Assembly (NCBI GenBank): GCA_017433415.1
Contig: JAFRHI010000005.1
Location: 6,516 to 70,515 of the forward strand
DNA length: 64,000 nt
From: Bacilli bacterium
Lineage (GTDB): Bacteria > Bacillota_I > Bacilli_A > RF39 > UBA660
Direction: 5' to 3'
A program made the translations under genes and the position numbers. Below the pieces are notes generated by a model. It ran no database searches. It was given only the letters and a program-made list of their open reading frames with translations, and was not told where the DNA came from. Each line of letters begins with the position of its first letter. Position 1 is the stretch's first letter. This document shows, piece after piece, positions 10,110-19,752 of this stretch.

Positions 10110-10706
10110 TTATTCGATATTTTTTCTATCATTTAATGCTCTTTCAAGTGTTAAACTATCAACATATTCAATATCTGCACCTATTGGAACACCACTAGCT
10201 AAACGAGTAATTTTAATATTTAATCCTTCCAATATTTTTTTTATATAAAGTGCTGTCGTCTCTCCTTCAATACTAGGTTTAAATGCAAAAATTATTTCTT
10301 CAAATTTTTCAGAATTAATTCGATCTAAAAGTTTATTTAAACCAATATCTTCCGGATTTATGCCATCAAGAGGAGAAATCAATCCTTCTAAAACATGATA
10401 TTTACCTGTAAAAATACCTAATTTTTCAAACAAAAAAACAGTTTTTGAATCTTCAACAACACATAAAGTATTTGAATTTCTTGATAAATCCTTACAAACA
10501 AAACACAAATCAGCATCAGTTAAAGTATTACAAATTGAGCAATTATGTATTTTTTCAAAAGCTTCATTAATACTAGATGAAAACAAATCAATCTGTTCTT
10601 CATCTAAATCAAGTACAGCAAAAGCTAATCTTTCAGCAGTTTTTTCTCCTATTCCTGGTAAAAACTTAAATGATTCTATTAAATTATTAATACTTTCCGG
10701 ATACAT
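10110..10706 (-). CDS. recR: recombination protein RecR
   Basis: 198 aa with HhH N-terminus, a C4 zinc finger (CSICNTLTDADLCFVC) and a Toprim domain. Confidence 0.95.
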   Translation of the reverse strand: MYPESINNLIESFKFLPGIGEKTAERLAFAVLDLDEEQIDLFSSSINEAFEKIHNCSICNTLTDADLCFVCKDLSRNSNTLCVVEDSKTVFLFEKLGIFTGKYHVLEGLISPLDGINPEDIGLNKLLDRINSEKFEEIIFAFKPSIEGETTALYIKKILEGLNIKITRLASGVPIGADIEYVDSLTLERALNDRKNIE

Positions 10707-10715
10707 AAAACTTAC

Positions 10716-11009
10716 CTAAAACAATCCAGGTATATTACCATATTTACTCATTTTTTTCTCTGTTTCAGCATCAATTTTTTTATTAGCATTATTAACAGCA
10801 ACCATTAACATATCTTGCAATGCTTCAATATCATCCTTATCTAAAGATTCAGCATCAATTTTTACAGCAATTACCTCTTTAGTACCCTTTAATACAACCT
10901 TAACAAAAGAACTTTCTCCTTCAAATTCAGAATTATCAATTTCTTCTTTAGCCTTCATCATATCTCTTTGCATAGCTTGAGCTTGTTTTAACATAGCTTG
11001 CATATTCAT
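10716..11009 (-). CDS. ybaB: YbaB/EbfC family nucleoid-associated protein
   Basis: 97 aa starting MNMQAMLKQAQAMQRDM and ending in a PGLF tail. The dnaX-ybaB-recR order is conserved. Confidence 0.9.
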   Translation of the reverse strand: MNMQAMLKQAQAMQRDMMKAKEEIDNSEFEGESSFVKVVLKGTKEVIAVKIDAESLDKDDIEALQDMLMVAVNNANKKIDAETEKKMSKYGNIPGLF

Positions 11010-11023
11010 AAATAATCTCTCCT

Positions 11024-12682
11024 TTATTCAACTTCAACAATATCACCAAATAGTTCAATTGCATCATTACTTATTATATCATCTTTATCTATTTCTTCCA
11101 AGATAACTTCAGGTTCTTTTAAAATTTCATATTTTATATTATTTTTAAGATCAACAATATATTTATCTTTAGTCCTATTCCATTCCTCATCAGAAATAAT
11201 AGCAATAAGTTTATTAGAACTTGTAATTTTATTATAAGTATCAGATAATTTAGTAATAATATCCAAGTTTTGTTTAACATTAGAGTCATAAGCAAAACTA
11301 ATTATCATACTATCAGGACTAACAACCCTAACTTTAGAATCTAATAAGGCACAAGCAATATAACCAATTTTTGGATCAAAAGTATAATCTTTTAATAACT
11401 CAAACAATTTTAACTCTTCCTTTAAAAGGGTTTTATTAGCAGCTGCTAAAGTATTATTAATACGTATTTTCATAATCTCATCAATATTTAATATCTTTTG
11501 ATCTACAGAAACATAATTACTTTTCGAATTAGATCTTTTAGAATTTTTCTTTTCAATTAAAACAGAATTATTATTATTATCATTAACATTAGATTTAATT
11601 AAATCATTATTAACCCTATTTTCGTTAGAAGTAACAGAAATTATATTTATATTATCATTAATAAATTTCAATAAACATATTTCCACATAAATTCTAACAT
11701 TACCGCTTCTTTTTATATCGAACAAACATTCGTTAATATAATTAGCTAATTTAAGTAATTTATCATCAGAATAATTAATACTACTTTTTTCCACATAGAA
11801 AGAAACAAGCAAATTTCTTATATAATTAAGTAACTGTATTAATATATAAATTAAATTTTTACCATTATTATCAAACAAATTTAACAAATTAAGTAATATA
11901 CCTGTATTTCCTTCTAAAATAGATCCTAATAATTTTTCCAAATCCTCTTGTAATACAATAGCATTAACTTCAGAAAACTGCTTCATAGTAATTTTCTCAT
12001 CTGAATAAGAAACAAGTTTATCAAGCATTCCCAAAGCATCCCGCATACCACCATCAGAAAGCATTGCGATATTTTCCAGAACATCTTTTTCTATTTTAAT
12101 TTTTTCCTTAGAACAAATTTCCACAAGCTTTTCTACTACTATTTCTGGAGCAATCCTACTAAAAGAAAAGCATTGACACCTAGAAACAATAGTTTCAGGA
12201 ACTTTTTGAGGATCAGTTGTTGCTAAAATAAAAATTGCATGTTCAGGTGGCTCCTCCAAAGTTTTCAACAATGCATTAAAAGCACCAATCGATAACATAT
12301 GAACTTCATCTATTATATAAACTTTATATTTAAGTTCACTAGGAACTAAAGAAATTTTATTTTTTAATTCTCTAATTTCATCAACACCATTATTGGAAGC
12401 CGCATCAATTTCAATAATATCAATACAATCATGAGAAAAAGAAACCTTACAAGATTCACATTTTCCACACGCCAAACCATTTTTAGATTTTAAGCAATTA
12501 ATATTTCTAGCAAATATTTTAGAAACTGTAGTTTTTCCAGTACCCCTAGGTCCAAAAAACATATATGCATGGGAAAAATTTTTGTCCACAATTGAATTTA
12601 CAAGAGTTTTTACAATAACATCTTGGCCAACTACAGAATCAAAATCTATAGGACGATATTTTCTATATAAAGCTTGATACAT
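11024..12682 (-). CDS. dnaX: DNA polymerase III subunits gamma/tau
   Basis: 552 aa with AAA+ motifs GPRGTGKTT, DEVHML and SRCQ, plus a zinc module CGKCESC. Confidence 0.95.
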   Translation of the reverse strand: MYQALYRKYRPIDFDSVVGQDVIVKTLVNSIVDKNFSHAYMFFGPRGTGKTTVSKIFARNINCLKSKNGLACGKCESCKVSFSHDCIDIIEIDAASNNGVDEIRELKNKISLVPSELKYKVYIIDEVHMLSIGAFNALLKTLEEPPEHAIFILATTDPQKVPETIVSRCQCFSFSRIAPEIVVEKLVEICSKEKIKIEKDVLENIAMLSDGGMRDALGMLDKLVSYSDEKITMKQFSEVNAIVLQEDLEKLLGSILEGNTGILLNLLNLFDNNGKNLIYILIQLLNYIRNLLVSFYVEKSSINYSDDKLLKLANYINECLFDIKRSGNVRIYVEICLLKFINDNINIISVTSNENRVNNDLIKSNVNDNNNNSVLIEKKNSKRSNSKSNYVSVDQKILNIDEIMKIRINNTLAAANKTLLKEELKLFELLKDYTFDPKIGYIACALLDSKVRVVSPDSMIISFAYDSNVKQNLDIITKLSDTYNKITSSNKLIAIISDEEWNRTKDKYIVDLKNNIKYEILKEPEVILEEIDKDDIISNDAIELFGDIVEVE

Positions 12683-12727
12683 ATGACATCACTCCACTAG
12701 ATATTATAACATATAAAAAACAAAGAA

Positions 12728-13177
12728 CTATTTTTTTCTTTGTTTTTCAAAAAAAGAATTTAATTTTTTTTTTGCTCTTTCAGATTGCAAATCAGATAAA
12801 AAATTAACAGATGGATTAGTATTGTCACCCAAAAAAATTTTATTAATAATTTCAGAATTATTAGAATCAGAATTAGATAATGCAGAATAAACATTAGCAA
12901 TACGCGATTGCTTAATAGCACTAGCACACATAGGACAAGGATCTAACGTAACATATAAATCACAGCCATCTAAACGCCAATTATTCAATTTTTTTTCTGC
13001 CGATTTAATCGCAATTAATTCTGCATGACCCAAAACTGTATTCTTATGCTCTTTATTATTATAACCATAAGAAATTACTTCCCCATCTTTAACTATAACT
13101 GCTCCAATTGGAACTTCATTATTTAAAAACGCTTTCTCCGCATAAAAAAAAGCTAAATTCATAAATTCTAAATTCAT
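12728..13177 (-). CDS. tadA: tRNA-specific adenosine deaminase
   Basis: Carries the deaminase zinc motifs HAELIAI and PCPMCA. I moved the start to ATG 13175-13177 (GGGTGA RBS upstream). The ORF-track extension to 13240 runs into the SRP RNA gene. Confidence 0.9.
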   Translation of the reverse strand: MNLEFMNLAFFYAEKAFLNNEVPIGAVIVKDGEVISYGYNNKEHKNTVLGHAELIAIKSAEKKLNNWRLDGCDLYVTLDPCPMCASAIKQSRIANVYSALSNSDSNNSEIINKIFLGDNTNPSVNFLSDLQSERAKKKLNSFFEKQRKK

Positions 13178-13200
13178 TATGATCACCCATAAACAAAAAA

Positions 13201-13271
13201 GTGCACATGAATGTTGGTTCTTAAGGCTGCTATCTTCCAATCCTGACCTGGTTCAAACACATCCATTGCAC
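13201..13271 (-). ncRNA. ffs: signal recognition particle RNA, short (4.5S/Mycoplasma-like) form
   Basis: The minus strand reads GTGCAATGGATGTGTTTGAACCAGGTCAGGATTGGAAGATAGCAGCCTTAAGAACCAACATTCATGTGCAC followed by TTTTTT. It contains the domain IV core CCAGGUCAGG...GGAA...AGCAGCC. The 5' and 3' ends are complementary. The gene is adjacent to tadA/dnaX, as scr is in B. subtilis. Confidence 0.8.
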
Positions 13272-13277
13272 AAGTAA

Positions 13278-13306
13278 ATTTTAATATAAAAATTAAATAA
13301 AGTAAA
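13278..13306 (-). promoter_or_regulatory. candidate sigma-A promoter of the SRP RNA
   Basis: On the minus strand, TTTACT (13301-13306) is followed by 17 nt, then TAAAAT (13278-13283), then 6 nt to the first paired G of the RNA. Confidence 0.4.
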
Positions 13307-13353
13307 CAAATAATGATATTTATTATGTTTTTAATATATAAAGGCTTTTTTCA

Positions 13354-13369
13354 TGTTTCACGTGAAACA
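13354..13369. promoter_or_regulatory. parS (ParB/Spo0J binding site), copy 1
   Basis: TGTTTCACGTGAAACA is a 16/16 match to the perfect palindromic parS consensus. Confidence 0.85.
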
Positions 13370-13388
13370 TCACACTTTTCATCTTAAT

Positions 13389-13404
13389 TATTTCCCAGGA
13401 AATA
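13389..13404. promoter_or_regulatory. NBS (Noc-binding site), copy 1
   Basis: TATTTCCCAGGAAATA is a 15/16 match to the B. subtilis NBS palindrome TATTTCCCGGGAAATA (core ATTTCCCGGGAAAT). Confidence 0.75.
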
Positions 13405-13421
13405 TTTTTTATACTTTTTTA

Positions 13422-13437
13422 TGTTTCACGTGAAACA
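13422..13437. promoter_or_regulatory. parS, copy 2
   Basis: TGTTTCACGTGAAACA, a 16/16 match. Confidence 0.85.
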
Positions 13438-13456
13438 TTCCACTTTTTATCTTAAT

Positions 13457-13472
13457 TATTTCCCGGGAAATA
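13457..13472. promoter_or_regulatory. NBS, copy 2
   Basis: TATTTCCCGGGAAATA, a 16/16 match to the NBS palindrome. Confidence 0.8.
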
Positions 13473-13491
13473 TTTTTTATATTTTTTTCTA

Positions 13492-13507
13492 TGTTTCACG
13501 TGGAACA
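13492..13507. promoter_or_regulatory. parS, copy 3
   Basis: TGTTTCACGTGGAACA is the reverse complement of TGTTCCACGTGAAACA, the common natural B. subtilis parS variant. Confidence 0.85.
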
Positions 13508-13517
13508 TATTACAAAC

Positions 13518-13544
13518 AAAAAAAAAGAAGAGCTATTACTCTTC
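13518..13544 (-). terminator. intrinsic terminator of gyrA
   Basis: The minus strand reads GAAGAG-TAATAG-CTCTTC followed by T9. The hairpin loop contains the gyrA stop codon. Confidence 0.7.
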
Positions 13545-15971
13545 ATTATCTGTAGATTCTTCTTTTTCAACAAGTGCTACTGTTGATACTTTTTGATTGT
13601 CTTTAAGATTTATTAATCTAACACCCTGTGTTGCTCGCTTCAAAGTAGATACTTGCTCCAACGGTAATTTAATAATTATTCCACTATCTGTAATAATCAT
13701 TAAATCTAAATCAGCAGCAGGTTTTAAACATTTTAATGAAGCCATCATTCCATTTTTTTCTGTTACATTTAATGCCTTAACACCCTTACTTCCTCTATGA
13801 GTAAGTCGATATTCATCAATTAATGTTTGTTTTCCATACCCATTTTCTGTAACGATTAATACCAAATGACCTGATTCAACAACTTCTGCACCTACTACAA
13901 TACTTCCACAAAGATCCATTCCTTTAACGCCAGTGCTATTTCTACCCATAGATCTAACTTCAGATTCATTAAATCTGACTAATCGACCGTTACTAGCTCC
14001 GATTACAATTTCGTTTTTTCCACAAGTGCTTTTTACGCTGATTAGTTCATCATTTTCTTTTAATACGATAGCAATTTTACCACTTTTTCTAATATTATCA
14101 AACTCTTCTATAGGAGTCCTTTTAACAATTCCATTTTTTGTAGCAAACATTAAATATTTAGTAAAATCATCATCTCTTTTAATATTAACTATCGAACTAA
14201 TGTTCTCATTTTTTTCTAATGGCAATAAGTTTACTATAGGCAATCCTTTTGATTGTCTAGAAAATTCTGGTATTTCATAACCTTTCATTCGATAAACACG
14301 ACCTCTATTAGAGAAGAACAAGATATAATCATGAGTATTCATAGAAATTAGATGTTCAACAAAATCTTCCTCATTAGTAGTCATACCCTTAATACCTACT
14401 CCACCTCTATTTTGAGTTTTATAAGTATCAGTTCTTAACCTTTTAATATAACCATTTTTGGTCAAATTAATTATTATATCTTCTTCAGGAATTAAAGATT
14501 CATCTTCAATGTATTCTATTGCTGTCATATCAATATTAGTACGTCTCTCATCACCATATTTTTGTTTAATTTCTAAAAGTTCATTCTTAATTACTTCTAA
14601 AATCTTTTCATCACTAGCTAAAATTGCTTTTAATTCAGCAATTGTTTTTAACAATTCATTCAATTCGTTTTCAATTTTTTCACGTTCCAAACCAGTCAAA
14701 CGACGCAATCTCATTTCTAAAATTGCATTTGCTTGAATTTCAGTTAAACCAAAATTGCTCATTAAACCATTTCTAGCTTCTTCATCAGAATCAGAACCTC
14801 TAATAATTTTGATAACAGCATCAATATTATCAAGAGCTATTTTTAATCCTTCTAAAATATGAACTCTTTTTTCTGCAACATCCAAATCAAATTTTGTTCG
14901 TCTTATAATTACCTCTTTTTGATATTCAATATATTTAGATATTATTTCCTTTAATCCTAAAGTTTTTGGAACACCTTGATCTAACATTAAGAAAATAATT
15001 CCATAGGTTGTTTGAAATGAAGTATGCTTATATAACTTATTCAAAACAACTTGCGCATTAGCATCTTTTTTCAATGTAATAGTTATTTTTATACCATTTT
15101 TTAAATCAGAATGATAATCAGCAATACCATCAATTATTTTATTATGAACAAGTTCAGCAACTTTATTCTTCAGTTCCAACGTATTAACACCATATGGAAC
15201 TTCATCAATAATAATATGTTGTCTACCATTACTCTCTTCAATTGTTGCTTTACTTCGAATTGTAATTGATCCCCTACCAGTTTCATATGCTTTTCTAATT
15301 CCACTATTTCCAAGAATTATAGCACCAGTAGGAAAATCAGGACCTTTAATATGCTTCATTAATTCGTCCAATTCAATATCAGGATTATCAATATAAGCAA
15401 CACATCCATCAATTACTTCACTTAAATTATGTGGTGGAATATTAGTAGCCATACCAACAGCAATACCTGTTGTTCCATTAACTAAAATATTAGGAAATCT
15501 TGATGGTAAAACCTCTGGTTCTCTTTCACTTTCATCAAAGTTAGGAACAAAATTAACTGTGTCTTTATTAATATTTCTAAGTAACTCCAAAGAAATTTTA
15601 GATAATCTAGACTCCGTATAACGCATTGCTGCAGCACCATAACCTTCAATGTTACCAAAATTACCATGTCCATCTACTAACATATATCTATATGAAAAAT
15701 CTTGGGCCATACGAACCATTGCCTCATAAATTGAAGAATCACCATGAGGATGATATTTTCCCATTACATCTCCAACTATTCTAGCACTCTTTTTGTGAGG
15801 TTTATCAGGAGTATAACCAGATTCATACATAGAATATAAAATACGTCTATGAACCGGTTTTAATCCATCTCTTAAATCTGGAAGAGCTCTAGCAACAATA
15901 ACACTCATAGAATACTCTAAAAATGAATCTTGAACTTCTTTTACAATATTATTTTTTTCTAATCTGTCCAT
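13536..15971 (-). CDS. gyrA: DNA gyrase subunit A
   Basis: 811 aa with the catalytic Tyr context AAMRYTE, the QRDR segment [13 protein letters not shown] and a C-terminal beta-pinwheel. Confidence 0.97.
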   Translation of the reverse strand: MDRLEKNNIVKEVQDSFLEYSMSVIVARALPDLRDGLKPVHRRILYSMYESGYTPDKPHKKSARIVGDVMGKYHPHGDSSIYEAMVRMAQDFSYRYMLVDGHGNFGNIEGYGAAAMRYTESRLSKISLELLRNINKDTVNFVPNFDESEREPEVLPSRFPNILVNGTTGIAVGMATNIPPHNLSEVIDGCVAYIDNPDIELDELMKHIKGPDFPTGAIILGNSGIRKAYETGRGSITIRSKATIEESNGRQHIIIDEVPYGVNTLELKNKVAELVHNKIIDGIADYHSDLKNGIKITITLKKDANAQVVLNKLYKHTSFQTTYGIIFLMLDQGVPKTLGLKEIISKYIEYQKEVIIRRTKFDLDVAEKRVHILEGLKIALDNIDAVIKIIRGSDSDEEARNGLMSNFGLTEIQANAILEMRLRRLTGLEREKIENELNELLKTIAELKAILASDEKILEVIKNELLEIKQKYGDERRTNIDMTAIEYIEDESLIPEEDIIINLTKNGYIKRLRTDTYKTQNRGGVGIKGMTTNEEDFVEHLISMNTHDYILFFSNRGRVYRMKGYEIPEFSRQSKGLPIVNLLPLEKNENISSIVNIKRDDDFTKYLMFATKNGIVKRTPIEEFDNIRKSGKIAIVLKENDELISVKSTCGKNEIVIGASNGRLVRFNESEVRSMGRNSTGVKGMDLCGSIVVGAEVVESGHLVLIVTENGYGKQTLIDEYRLTHRGSKGVKALNVTEKNGMMASLKCLKPAADLDLMIITDSGIIIKLPLEQVSTLKRATQGVRLINLKDNQKVSTVALVEKEESTDNEE

Positions 15972-15982
15972 CTAAAACCCTC

Positions 15983-17911
15983 CTAAACATCCAAGTTTTC
16001 TACATAAGTAGCGTTTGTTTCAATAAACTCACGACGTGGTTCTACTTCTTCACCCATCAACTTAGAGAAAACTTCATCAGCAGCAATAGCATCATCTACC
16101 GTTATTTGCCTTAAAATACGTTTATTTATATCCATTGTAGTTTCATTTAATTCTTCAGCATCCATTTCTCCCAATCCTTTCATACGAGCTATATCATATT
16201 TAGTATTTGGAGATAAGGTAGCTAGATACTCATCTCTTTCCTCTTCATTTAAAACATATTTAATAGTTTTACCGTGTTTTATACAGAATAATGGAGGTTG
16301 AGCAGCATATACATGTCCCGCCTCAACAATCGGCCTAAAAAAGCGATAAAATAAAGTTAGCAATAAAACTCTAATATGACTACCATCAACATCAGCATCA
16401 GTCATTATTATAATCTTATGATAACGAAGCTTTGATAAATCAAATTCTTCACCAATTCCTGTTCCAAACGCTGTAATAATTGTCCTAATTTCTTCATTTC
16501 CTAAAGCTCTATCTAGTCTAGCTTTTTCAACATTTAAAATCTTACCACGCAAAGGAAGAATTGCTTGTGTCATTGAATCTCTACCTTTAATTGCAGATCC
16601 ACCTGCTGAATCACCCTCAACCAAAAATATTTCACTTACACTAGCATCTTTACTTTTACAATCAGATAATTTTCCATAAAAGTTAGTTATATCTAAATCT
16701 CCTTTTCTTCTAGTAAGTTCACGTGCTTTTTTAGCAGCTACTCTCGCTCTACTAGCAGTCATAGATTTATCAACTATAACTCTGGCTTGATCAGGATTCT
16801 CTAATAAAAATCTTTCAAAAGCAGCAGAAAATATCTTATCTGCTATTCCCCTTACTTCACTATTACCAAGTTTTGTCTTAGTTTGACCTTCAAATTGAGG
16901 ATTAGGATGTTTAATAGAGATAATCATTGTAAGACCTTCTCTAACATCATCACCAGTAAGAGGATCATCTTTTTCCTTTAAGAATCCATTTGTAGTAGCA
17001 TATTTATTAAGAATTCTTGTTAAAGCTCTTCTTACACCATCTTCATGAGTACCACCTTCAGGTGTAGTTATATTATTAACAAAAGAATAAATACTAGAAT
17101 TATATGTTTCATTATACTGTAATGCTACTTCAACTTTTATATCTTTCTCAATTCCTTCAACATCTACAATAGTTTCATGAATAGGTCCTTTGTTTTTATT
17201 TAGCATTTGAACATACTCAACTAATCCGCCTTCATAATAAAACGAATCTTTTTTATCAGCCTCACGATCATCAAATAAAGAAATTCTAAGACCTTTATTT
17301 AAAAATGCTAATTCTTTTAACCTATTTCTTAATATTTCATAATCAAATACTGTTGTTTCAGTAAATATTTCATCATCTGGAAGAAATTTAACAGTTGTAC
17401 CAGTCCTATCTTTATCGCATTTATCGATAATTTTTAATTCATCATCGGCATGTCCACCATGACTATACCTTTGATAATAAACATTTCCATTCTTATAAAC
17501 TCTTACTTCTAACCAATCACTTAAAGCATTAACAACACTAGCACCTACTCCATGAAGACCACCAGATACTTTATATCCGCCACCTCCAAATTTTCCACCA
17601 GCATGTAATACCGTATAAACTGTTTCTACAGTACTTTTTCCTGTTTTTGGATGTGTTTCTACTGGAATTCCTCGTCCATCATCTTTTACTGTAATACTAT
17701 TGTCCTTACCTATTGTAACTTCAATATGTGAACAATATCCAGCAAGTGCTTCATCAATAGCATTATCAACAATTTCCCAAACTAAATGATGAAGACCTCT
17801 AGAACTAGTAGTACCAATATACATACCGGGTCTTTTTCTAACTGCTTCTAATCCCTCTAACACTTGAATGGATGATGAATTATATTCTTCGTTTACTTTT
17901 TCTTCATTCAT
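15983..17911 (-). CDS. gyrB: DNA gyrase subunit B
   Basis: 642 aa with a GHKL ATPase domain (EIVDNAIDE), Toprim EGDSAGGS and [10 protein letters not shown]. Confidence 0.97.
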   Translation of the reverse strand: MNEEKVNEEYNSSSIQVLEGLEAVRKRPGMYIGTTSSRGLHHLVWEIVDNAIDEALAGYCSHIEVTIGKDNSITVKDDGRGIPVETHPKTGKSTVETVYTVLHAGGKFGGGGYKVSGGLHGVGASVVNALSDWLEVRVYKNGNVYYQRYSHGGHADDELKIIDKCDKDRTGTTVKFLPDDEIFTETTVFDYEILRNRLKELAFLNKGLRISLFDDREADKKDSFYYEGGLVEYVQMLNKNKGPIHETIVDVEGIEKDIKVEVALQYNETYNSSIYSFVNNITTPEGGTHEDGVRRALTRILNKYATTNGFLKEKDDPLTGDDVREGLTMIISIKHPNPQFEGQTKTKLGNSEVRGIADKIFSAAFERFLLENPDQARVIVDKSMTASRARVAAKKARELTRRKGDLDITNFYGKLSDCKSKDASVSEIFLVEGDSAGGSAIKGRDSMTQAILPLRGKILNVEKARLDRALGNEEIRTIITAFGTGIGEEFDLSKLRYHKIIIMTDADVDGSHIRVLLLTLFYRFFRPIVEAGHVYAAQPPLFCIKHGKTIKYVLNEEERDEYLATLSPNTKYDIARMKGLGEMDAEELNETTMDINKRILRQITVDDAIAADEVFSKLMGEEVEPRREFIETNATYVENLDV

Positions 17912-17919
17912 TTTATAAC

Positions 17920-19032
17920 CTACTTTCTTTCAACATTACCATTAAAAACTTTGAATATTATTGCATTTTCTATATATTTTTTACTTATATTTTTTAAATC
18001 AGTTGTTGTTAAAATACTTTGAATATCCTTTTCTGAAATCATTTTCAACAGTTTATTTCTTTTCTTTATATCAAACTCACTAAAAATATCATCAAGTAAT
18101 AATACTGGAGAAGATCCACAAATATCTTTAAAAATATCTATTTCAGCTAATTTAAAAGATAATATTGCTAATTTTTGTTGTCCTTGAGATCCATATAATT
18201 TTAAATCATGATCATTAAAATTAAATAAAAAATCATCTCTATGTGGTCCATAAATAGTCATACCGTAATTTAATTCCTTAAGATAGTTTTTCTTATATGT
18301 ATGTTTCAATTTTTTCCTTAAACTCTCATTATCATAATTATCAAAATCTATATTTGGCACATATTCAATAGATATTCCCCTATTTGATGAAATATTATAA
18401 AATATTTTATCAATAGATAAATTAACTAAATCAATATATTCCTTACGTTTTTGATATATTATAATTGCCTTTTCTATTAATTTATCAGTAATAATATCTA
18501 AATAATTTTTGTCAGCAATACTATTATTAAATAATATTTTTAAATATTCATTTCTTGTTTTCAATAATTTATTATATTCATTATAAGTTTTTAAATAGAT
18601 TTGTGATATTTGTGATAACTGTATATTTAATAAATTTCTTCTAACATTTGGGGATCCTTTAACTATTTCTAAATCATCAGGAGTAAACATGATAATATTT
18701 AAATGAGATACATAGTTAGCTACTTTACGTATTTCTGTCTTATTAATCCAAAATCTTTTTATATCGCCATTAATCTCTATTTCCATTTTTGATAATATTT
18801 TATTATTTCTTATAGTTCCACTTATTTTACAAGAATTTCTATCAAACATTATCAAATTAGGATTAACACCTACACGATGTGATTTTGTTAATGCCAAAAC
18901 AGTAATTGCCTCTAAAATATTTGTCTTTCCTTGAGCATTATCACCAACAAATATATTTTTGCCATTACCCAAATTTAGTGAAAGTTTAGAATAATTTCTA
19001 AAATTAACCAAATTTATTTTACTAATTTTCAT
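17920..19032 (-). CDS. recF: DNA replication/repair protein RecF
   Basis: 370 aa with Walker [14 protein letters not shown], signature SQGQQK and Walker B LLLDDI. Confidence 0.95.
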   Translation of the reverse strand: MKISKINLVNFRNYSKLSLNLGNGKNIFVGDNAQGKTNILEAITVLALTKSHRVGVNPNLIMFDRNSCKISGTIRNNKILSKMEIEINGDIKRFWINKTEIRKVANYVSHLNIIMFTPDDLEIVKGSPNVRRNLLNIQLSQISQIYLKTYNEYNKLLKTRNEYLKILFNNSIADKNYLDIITDKLIEKAIIIYQKRKEYIDLVNLSIDKIFYNISSNRGISIEYVPNIDFDNYDNESLRKKLKHTYKKNYLKELNYGMTIYGPHRDDFLFNFNDHDLKLYGSQGQQKLAILSFKLAEIDIFKDICGSSPVLLLDDIFSEFDIKKRNKLLKMISEKDIQSILTTTDLKNISKKYIENAIIFKVFNGNVERK

Positions 19033-19145
19033 TTAAAACCGTAAAAAAGACCCATACGCTTCACCTATCCCCTATACAGTATTCCTATACACACATACCT
19101 ATTATAGCACAAATAAGCGTTAAATACACTAAAAAAATAGTTAAA

Positions 19146-19592
19146 TTAACTATTTTTGTGATTTCTTAATATTAAATCTAATCTGGAAGCCCTAGATAAT
19201 TGATTTTCAAAAGTTCGATATGAACAATCAATAATCAATTCTTTATTATTATCAAAAATAACTTTTGTATAATTATTTTCAATTTTTTCTATTTTTTTGA
19301 CTCTTCTTAATGATATCCAAACACAATCATCTGCCGATGGAGATGTTGTTGGAAACACAATTAAATTATTACTATCTTCTATTACGATAGGTACCTTATA
19401 TTCTGCACCAAGTATTTCTCTGGCTCCATTTTTTCTACCTTCATAAGTACTTCCAAAATATTTGCAACTTTCCTCCATTATTGAAAAAGGTGTTTGATCA
19501 ATAATATACCTTTCTTCATCCTCATACACTATACTACTATAATTTTCATTAGGAACAATTGCTAAAGTTCCTTTACTTATTTCATATTTCAT
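19146..19592 (-). CDS. comK: ComK-family transcription factor (short, 148 aa)
   Basis: SCKYFGSTYEGRKNGA, YKVPIVIEDSNNLIVFPTTSPSADDCVWIS and SYRTFENQLSRASRL align with B. subtilis ComK segments recalled from memory (SCRFFGSSYAGRKAGT, HKPPIMVDPSNQIFLFPTLSSTRPQCGWIS, SYNSFENQVYRTAWL). Confidence 0.8.
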   Translation of the reverse strand: MKYEISKGTLAIVPNENYSSIVYEDEERYIIDQTPFSIMEESCKYFGSTYEGRKNGAREILGAEYKVPIVIEDSNNLIVFPTTSPSADDCVWISLRRVKKIEKIENNYTKVIFDNNKELIIDCSYRTFENQLSRASRLDLILRNHKNS

Positions 19593-19649
19593 AAATTTTC
19601 CCCCTATCGAAAGCCATTAATTGCTTTCAAAACATTTATATCATAATTA

Positions 19650-19678
19650 TTTGTCAAAATTTGTCTTATTTTGACAAA
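19650..19678. promoter_or_regulatory. 11-bp perfect inverted repeat upstream of the comK-like gene (candidate operator)
   Basis: TTTGTCAAAAT-ttgtctt-ATTTTGACAAA lies 58-86 bp upstream of the comK-like start codon. Confidence 0.35.
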
Positions 19679-19726
19679 AATTATTATTTCTTAATTATAT
19701 AATACTCAAAATAATTAAAAATCCAC

Positions 19727-19752
19727 AAAAAAAGAGGAAAATTCCTCATTTT
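19727..19752 (-). terminator. candidate intrinsic terminator of dnaN
   Basis: The minus strand reads GAGGA-ATTT-TCCTC followed by T7, immediately after the dnaN stop. The stem is short, so the call is moderate. Confidence 0.5.

Larger units (their letters stand above)
13345..13510. repeat. 68-70 bp tandem direct repeat (about 2.4 units), each unit carrying one parS and one NBS palindrome
   Basis: Unit 1 reads cttttttcATGTTTCACGTGAAACATcacacttttcatcttaatTATTTCCCAGGAAATAttttttata. Unit 2 is near identical (ATGTTTCACGTGAAACAT ... TATTTCCCGGGAAATA). A third partial unit starts with ATGTTTCACGTGGAACAT. Confidence 0.95.

Noticed and set aside
13178-13240. N-terminal extension of the tadA ORF (MEDSSLKNQHSCALFCLWVII)
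   Set aside because: The extension is translated across the 3' half of the SRP RNA gene and its terminator. An internal ATG with a good RBS gives a normal TadA N-terminus.
13353-13508. Reading the ATGTTTCACGTGAAACAT palindromes as stacked intrinsic terminators of gyrA or as a REP-type element
   Set aside because: gyrA already has a canonical hairpin plus T9 terminator at 13518-13544. The palindromes match parS at 16/16 and the intervening ones match NBS at 15-16/16, which is far beyond what a generic hairpin would give. A dispersed-repeat origin cannot be excluded without the whole genome, and I list it as the refuting test.
19650-19678. Interpreting the inverted repeat upstream of the comK-like gene as a ComK box
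   Set aside because: ComK boxes are paired AAAA-N5-TTTT AT-boxes. This sequence has a 9-nt spacing between its A4 and T4 tracts and a clear TTGACAAA-type dyad, so I keep it only as an unassigned candidate operator.
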